Assembly: GCF_004010195.1 (NCBI RefSeq)
Contig: NC_057755.1
Location: 1,915,722 to 1,955,186, forward strand
Direction of reading: 5' to 3'
Source: Chiloscyllium plagiosum
Taxonomy: Eukaryota
DNA length: 39,465 nt
Shown here: piece after piece, positions 32,667-39,465 of the stretch
Layout of the letters: each line of letters opens with the position of its first letter
How positions within the stretch are numbered: position 1 is the stretch's first letter
Program-made: the position numbers and the translations under genes
The notes under the pieces: generated by a model
Databases searched by the model: none
Seen by the model: the letters and a program-made list of their open reading frames with translations, nothing else
What the model was told of the DNA's origin: nothing

Positions 32667-35600
32667 TCACTATCTATCCCCTTCACTTTGTGCGTTTCTC
32701 TCCATCTATCGCCGATCACTCTCTGCGTTCCTCACGAACTATTCCACTTCACCCTGTGCATCACTCATTATAAATTCCACCTCACTCTGTACGTCTCTCA
32801 CTAACTATGCCCCCTCACGCTGCGCGTCTCTCACTGTCAATCTGCCTCACTTTGTGCATCTCTCACTTTATATCCCCTTACTCTGTGCATCTCTCACTAA
32901 CTATCCCCCTTCACTCTGTGCATCTCTCATTATCAATCCCCCCTCACTCAGTGCATCGCTCATTATCTATCACCACTCACTCTTTGCATCCATCACTACC
33001 TATTCCCCTCACTTTGTGTGTCTCTCACTATCTATTCCCCCACACTCTATGCGTCTCTCACAATCGATCCACCCCCCCAAACACTCTATATGTCTCTCAC
33101 TATCTACTCACACCCTCACTCAGTGAGTCTCTCACTATCTATTCCTTTCACTATGTGCATCTCTCACTATATATTCCCCCCTCAGTCTGGGCGTCTCTAA
33201 TTAGCACCCCTCACACAGTGCATCTCTCACAATCTATCACCTCTCACGCTGTTTATCTTGCACAATCTATCCCCGTACTCTGTGCGTCTCTCACTGTCTA
33301 TTCCCCCCAAATCTGCGTGTCTCACTAACTATGCCCCCTCACTCTGTGTGTCTCTCTCGATCTATCCTCCTCATTCTGTGCTTCTCTCACTTTCTGTGCA
33401 CCCCCTCACTTTGTGCGCCTCTCACGATCAATCCCCTTCACTTTGCGCGTCATTCTCCATCTATCACCAATCCCTCTTTGCTTTTCTCATTAGCTATCCC
33501 CCCTCACTCTGCTCGTCTCTCAAAATCTATGGCCCAGAATCTGTGCGTTTCTCACTAACTATGCCCCCTCACGCTGTGCGTTTCTCACTATCTATCCCAT
33601 CACTCTGAGCGTCTCTCATGATGTATACCACCTCACTCTGTGCGTCTCTTACTATCAATTCCCCCTCACGCTGTGTATCTCTCACTATCTATCTCCCTCA
33701 CCCTGTGCGTCTCTCATTATGTATCCCCCTCATTCTGTGCATCTTATCTGGCCTGCTTCAGCCAGTGCATGTCTCACAATCTATCCCCCACACTCTGTGC
33801 ATCTCTCACTATCTATCCCCCCTCACACTGTATTTCTCTACCTATCTATTACCTCTCATTCTATGCGTCTCTCACTATCAATCAAGCCCCTCAATCTATG
33901 CGTCTCCCATTATCTATCCACCCCATGACTCTGTGCGTCTCTCACTATCTATCCACAAACTCACTCTGTGCGTTTCACACTAACTATCCCCTTCACTTTG
34001 TGTGTCTCTCGTTATCTATCCCCCTCACTCTTTGTATCTCTAACTATCTATCCCCCGACTCTGTGTGTCTCTCATTATCAATCCCCCAAACTCCTTGTGT
34101 CTCTCACTATCTATCCACCCTCACGCTATGCGTCTCCCATGATCTATACCCTTCACTTTGTGCGTCTCTTGCTATGTATCCCGCTACATTCCATGTGTCT
34201 CTCACTATCAATCAACCCCCTCACTCTATGCGTCTCCCACTATCTATCCACCCTTCACTCGGTGTGTCTCTCACAATCTATCCCCATCACTCCGTGCTTT
34301 TCTCAAAATCTATCCCACCTCACACTGTGTATATCGCTCAATCTAACTCCCTCACTCTGTGCATCTCTCAGTATCTATTCCGCCCAAATATGCGTTTCTC
34401 ACTATGTCCCCTCACTCTGTGTCTCTCACTATCCATCCCCCTCATTCTGTCCTTCTCATACTTTCTATCCACCCCCTCACTCTTTGCGTCTCTCACGATC
34501 CTCTTGACTTTGTGCATATCTCTCCATCTATCCCCTATCACTCTCTGCGTTTCTCACGAAATATCCTCCTTCACCCTGTGCATCACTCACTATAAATTCC
34601 ACCTCACTCTGTGCGTCTCTCACAAACTATGCCCCTTCACGCTGTGCGTCTATCACTGTCAATCCACCTCACTTTGTGCATCTCTCACTTTATATCCCCT
34701 TACTCTGTGCAACTCTCACTATCTATCCCCCCTCACTCTGTGCATCTCTCATTATCAATCCCCACTCACTCTGTGCATCTGTCATTATCTATCCCCCTTC
34801 ACTCTTTGCGTCTCTCACTACCTATACCCCTCACTCTATCCGTCTCTCACGATCTATCCACCCCCCACTCTATGCATCTCTCACTATCTACTCACCCCCT
34901 CACTCGGTGAGTCTCTCACTATCTCTCCCCTTCACTCTGTGCATCTCTCACTGTCTATTACCCCCTCATTCTGGGCATCTCTAATTAGCACCCCTCACAC
35001 AGTGCACCTCTCACAATCTATCCCCTCTCAGGCTGTGTATCTTGCCCAATCTATCACCCGCACTCTGTCCGTCTCCCACTGTGTATTCCCCCCAAAATCT
35101 GTGTGTCTCACTAACTATGCCCCCTCACTATATCTGTCTCTCACTATCTACACCCCCTCATTCTGTGCTTCTCTCACTTTCTGTCCCTCCTCACTTTGTG
35201 CGCCTCTCACTATCAATCCCCTTCACTTTGCTCATCGCTCTCCATGTATCATTAATCACACTTTGCTTATCTCACTAACTATCCCCCCTCACTCTGCTCG
35301 TTTGTCAAAATCTATGCCCCAGAATATGTGCATTTCTCACGAACTAAGCCTTCTCTCTGTGCATCTCTCACTAACTATCCCATCACTCTGTGAGTCTCTC
35401 ACTATCAATTCCTTCTCACCCTGTGCGTCTCTCACTATGTATCCCCCTCATTCTGTGCATCTTATCTCGCCCCCTTCAGCCTGTGCATCGCTCACTGTCT
35501 ATCCCCCTCACACTGTATGTCTCTCACTATCTATTACCCCTCACTCTGTGTCTCTCACTAGCAATCAACCACCTCAATCTACACATTTCACATTATCTAT

Positions 35601-36616
35601 CCTCCCCACCACTCTGTGCGTCTCTCACTATCTATCCGCAACCTCACTCTATGCGTCTCTCACTATCTATCCCCTTCACTTTGTGTGTCTGTCTCCATCG
35701 ATCGCCGATCACTCTCTGCGTTTCTCACTAACTATCCTCCTCACTCTGTGCGTCCCTCATTAGCAATCCCCCTCATTCTGTGCATCTTTCACTATCTGGC
35801 CCTCCTCAAACTTTATGTTTCTCACTATTTATTGCCCCACACTGTGCATCGCTCACTATCTGTCCACCCACTCACTCTATGCATCTCCCACTATCTATCC
35901 ACCCCTTCACTCTATGTGTCTGTCACTACCTATCCACTCCCAATTGGTGCCTCTTTTACTATCTATTCACCTCACGCTGTGCATTTCTCACGACCTATAC
36001 CACCTCACTCTGTGCATCACTAATTATCCCTTCTCACAGAGGGCATCTCTCACAATCTCTCCCCCTTCAAACTGTGTATCTCACGCAATCAATCTCTCTC
36101 ACTCTGTGTGCCTCTCACTATGTCCTTGCCCCAACACTGCGTCCCTCACTCTCACCTCACTCTGTGCATCACTAATTATCCCTCCTCACAGAGGGCATCT
36201 CTCACAATCTCTCTCCCTTCAAACTGTGTATCTCACGCAATCAATCTCTCTCACTCTGTGTGCCTCTCACTATGTCCTTGCCCCAACACTGCGTCCCTCA
36301 CTCTGTGTTTGTCTCAATATCTATCCCCCTCATTCTGTCCTTCTCCCACTTTCTAGCCACCCCCTCTCTCTATCCATCCCTTTCACTTTGTGCGTCTCTC
36401 TCCATCTATAGCCGATCACTCTCTGCATTCCTCACCAACTATTCCCCTTCACCCTGTGCATCATTCACTATAAATTTCGCCATACTCTGTGCATCTCTCT
36501 CTATCAATTCCCCCACACTCTATGCGCCTCTCTGAGTCTCTCACTATCACTCTCAATATGTATCCCCCTCACGCTGTGCTTCTCTCACTATCAATCCCCC
36601 CCAAGCTATGCGTGCC
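32667..36616. repeat. Continuation of the ~32-bp G-poor satellite
   Basis: Same unit as 21217-29300. Confidence 0.97.
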
Positions 36617-37056
36617 TGTTTTAAAAAATTCTCAAGGTCAGGTTCGTAGGAGAGTAGTCTGACACAGAACAAACGACCAAGAGGCGAGTCTGCTAGAATA
36701 TGAGCATTTTATTCCCCGCATCGTCGCCACAACCAGGTCCAAACAACGGGTCTGGCTTATACTCACTCTACATGTTACCGGAACTGGGAGCCGTCAGTTC
36801 TCGTAGAGCGGTTGCCAACAACCCACGCTCGGCGGTTAAACGTAACCCCGGAGCAGACTCACCGAACTGGAGACTTTTCCAGCTGATATACTCTTTTCCA
36901 GATATAAACATTCATGTGAACAGCAGAGCAAGGCTAAAAAACACATTCCATTCTGGTTACATACAGATAAGAAGATTCACACGGGACTAAGCAACACCTC
37001 CATTCCGGTTAGATTCACACATGTATTGGGACATAATTTTTAACCGTTTCACCACA
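36617..37056 (-). mobile_element. Possible solo LTR (~440 bp)
   Basis: TGT...ACA termini with an imperfect inverted repeat (TGTTTTAAAA vs TGTGGTGAAA). A minus-strand AATAAA (~36708-36713) lies ~90 bp from the 3' end. Flanks TGCC / TTCC match at 3 of 4. Relatively CpG-rich. Confidence 0.45.
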
Positions 37057-38104
37057 TTCCACTGCTTGGAATTTTACACCACATCCTCTCAAAGTTCCAA
37101 AACAGTGATTGCTGCTTCTGGAATTTGAGGAAATCACCTCCAACATCCAAAATACCTCAAAAAAAGGAGCCGCTCTTACAGCCACAACTTTTTCCAGTCC
37201 TCCATCTTGAATTAATTCAGTGCACACTCAATATATTCCTTCAAGGAAGTACATTCTGTAATGAAACTTTCAATAACATTTTGTGCTTGGTGCTGGAACA
37301 TTTAATTTTTCAAATCATGTCATTGCATTTCAACTAAGTTTCAGTCAAAGTACAGTTTGTTTCAACTAAAACATCTGATATATTTATAAGCTAACGGTTT
37401 TACACAGAGTCCAGCCCTCAATGTGGAATGACAGGAGGGCACCAAATTGTGGTCATTCCCCATCATCATGCAGCAATAAATGTGCAACTTCAACACTGTG
37501 TTCTCGGCCAGGAAATGTGACAGTTGCAACAGCTTCTTATTGTAGGAGACCAGCATGTTCCTTGCAGACAAAGGCTGTCCTTTGCTAACTTATTACCCTG
37601 ATGCCTGTAAATAATGATTTGTCTTGATGGATATCCCACAAGTCAGCATATAAATAGAGTGACTGCATTTCTTTCCACACTTCTTCGCATTGACACATTC
37701 CAGGCAGTCTGTCACTGTCTCTTCCCCAGTGCAGCAGTATTCAGGGCAGAGTGCAGTAATGCTGAGATTCTGGGGGCATATAAAGGATCAAATGATGAGG
37801 ATTCTTTCTCACCATAAGCCAAGCAAGTACATGGTGTTTATGTGAATGTTCTGCTAATTAAGTGAATAATTCAGGATTGTTCTGAAGAGGTTCACTATCT
37901 CCTTTTTCTGCAGAATATGGTAAACATTTCATTGACCTCTGTATGACTAACTTGAAGTTAAAGATGTATTGGATAAGGGAGGGATAAATAATTCAGCGTG
38001 CTCAGACTGATTGTTTGCTGATCTCTCAGCCTCCAAAATAATCCAAACTTTTCCCAAACCATCACTCCACAAAATTCTTTCACAATCATCATTCTTTTGG
38101 AGTC

Positions 38105-38205
38105 TTGGCAGGATGGTGGAATTGAAGCCTAAGATCAGCCATGATCACGTTGAATAGAACAGCAGGTTTACGAAGCAGGTTTCCTAACTTCCTGTCTCTT
38201 GTATT
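38105..38205 (+). mobile_element. Short CR1-type 3' tail remnant
   Basis: AGATCAGCCATGATC..TTGAAT...AGCAGG..CGAAG....CCTA.CTTCCTG resembles the CR1 3' UTR. Confidence 0.6.
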
Positions 38206-38759
38206 AAAACACAACAGCTCACACACACAAACATTTGATACAGATGAAGGAATGAACAGTACGGTGACAATTTGAAATTATTTTATTCTCTTCCGTATTA
38301 GACTTGTAGTTTGATGTTTTAGCTGGAATGAAGATGTTATAAAAGGAGAAATTCTTTGTGAGCCACAAAATTTCTTGGAACTGAATGCCAGAAGTTTGGC
38401 TTTTGGGTGAATTTGATGTTGAAGTAGAATGGGGGAAAGAGTCCTCTCCCAGCTGACTAATTCTGGTCCCAAATCCTTGGGTATAATGAGTTCTCCACAA
38501 CAGAGTGTTGCAGATAGACACATTCCAAGGGCCAGGAACACAAACGGAGGGAAGTATACAAAGTTGGGGAAGATTTCACAAAGGGGTTGGGGGAAAATTC
38601 ACAGTCTAAGGCTTTCAGTCACTGTGCATCCAAAGGCTGAGATTTTACAAATTCCTCGGGCTGTTTGTCCCTCTAGTAATGACTTTGACAAATAATGACT
38701 TGAACATTGCTGAAAAAAATACATTTTTCAAAACATTTTAGCTTGCACTCACCAAGTCA

Positions 38760-38960
38760 ATTAGCAAGAAATGCTACATAAAGGGAAAACGATATTTATA
38801 CAGTAAAAGAGGAGAGTGCTGATTATCTAATGAATAGATTGTGATTGGTCAAGACATTGCCAAGGAGAATGCAACTGTTAACAACCAAGCCTTTTTTCAA
38901 TAGTAAACCAGGCAGGTTGACTTTGCTTAGTTAAGGCATTTCACTAAGAAATAAATCAGA
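38760..38960. repeat. Unclassified interspersed repeat fragment
   Basis: GGAGAGTGCTGATT / TGATTGGTCAAGACATTGCC / AAACCAGGCAGGTTGACT / GTTAAGGCATT show internal self-similarity and resemble a common shark repeat. From memory only. Confidence 0.35.
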
Positions 38961-39173
38961 AATAAACTAGACACATACTCCAAGGCCCAAGCAATTGCTG
39001 ACTTGTTGATTATGGCATTCTCTATCTGTTCCAGAAGTCACTGTTATACACTGGCAAAGGTCTGCAAAACTGGTAAGAAAATGTGAGGAAATGCTGGCCA
39101 CAGCACACTAACCCCGATCTCACACCCCCATAGGATTAACCCTCAAATAATTAATGAAATCCTCAAATAATTA

Positions 39174-39326
39174 AAACAAACATCAGCAGAACTGAAAATC
39201 TGAAACAAAATCATCAATTCTGAAGAAACTCAGCAGTTCTGGCAGCAGCTGTGGAGAGAGAAACAGAGTTAACATGTTGGGTCCAGTCCCATTCTGAAAA
39301 ATAGCCAGTGGATTCAGAACATTAAC
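39174..39326. mobile_element. Old Penelope pseudo-LTR-derived inverted remnant of a third family
   Basis: AAACTCAGCAGTTCTGGCAGCAGCTGTGGAG resembles the minus-strand pseudo-LTR at 17135-17167. It is followed by GTTAACATGTTGGGTCCA and a decayed inverted copy (CTGAAAAA...TGGATTCAGAACATTAAC). Confidence 0.55.
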
Positions 39327-39465
39327 CAAACCCTCAGACCCACCCCCACAACTCAACACCCCACCCCACAACTAACCCCAACATCCAACCCCATCCCCCA
39401 AACCCTCAGCCCCATCCCCATCCCCCAAACCCTCAGCCCCAGCCCCATCCCCATCCCCCAAACCC
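39327..39465. repeat. C-rich low-complexity repeat (CCCCAT / CCCCCAAACCCTCAG)
   Basis: Directly visible and runs off the window end. G-tracts on the minus strand are compatible with G-quadruplex formation. Confidence 0.85.

Noticed and set aside
33640..35763. 707-aa ORF and the many other Ser/Leu/Cys/His-rich ORFs from 21256 to 36535
   Set aside because: These are translations of the G-poor satellite, in which stop codons are rare. All three frames give the same repetitive peptides.

Overview
Eukaryotic, repeat-dominated draft-assembly window with four N gaps. The repeat families point to a cartilaginous fish, probably a shark (inference). No intact host protein-coding gene is visible. The left end carries two minus-strand, phase-matched ~171-nt leucine-rich-repeat exons of an NLR (NLRP/NLRC3-like) immune receptor, both disrupted, plus a few weaker candidate upstream exons. 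The rest is nested transposable elements and tandem repeats. These are two Penelope-like retroelements (RT + GIY-YIG, Neptune-type), one near full length with direct pseudo-LTRs; three small Penelope-derived inverted insertions; a 5'-truncated Ty3/Gypsy element whose pol ends right after RNase H (Gmr1-like); several CR1 LINE fragments; a Deu-domain SINE; a probable solo LTR; a 31-33 bp minisatellite; and a G-poor ~32-bp satellite spread over 19.2-36.6 kb with higher-order structure. The most interesting signals are the recurring minimal hammerhead-ribozyme motif in the Penelope termini, short fold-back Penelope derivatives with 15-16 bp target duplications, and an ETS/CRE/GC-box cluster in the low-complexity coding linker of both Penelope copies. 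I see no well-supported, wholly new biological system. Most ORFs in the supplied track are repeat or N-gap artefacts.
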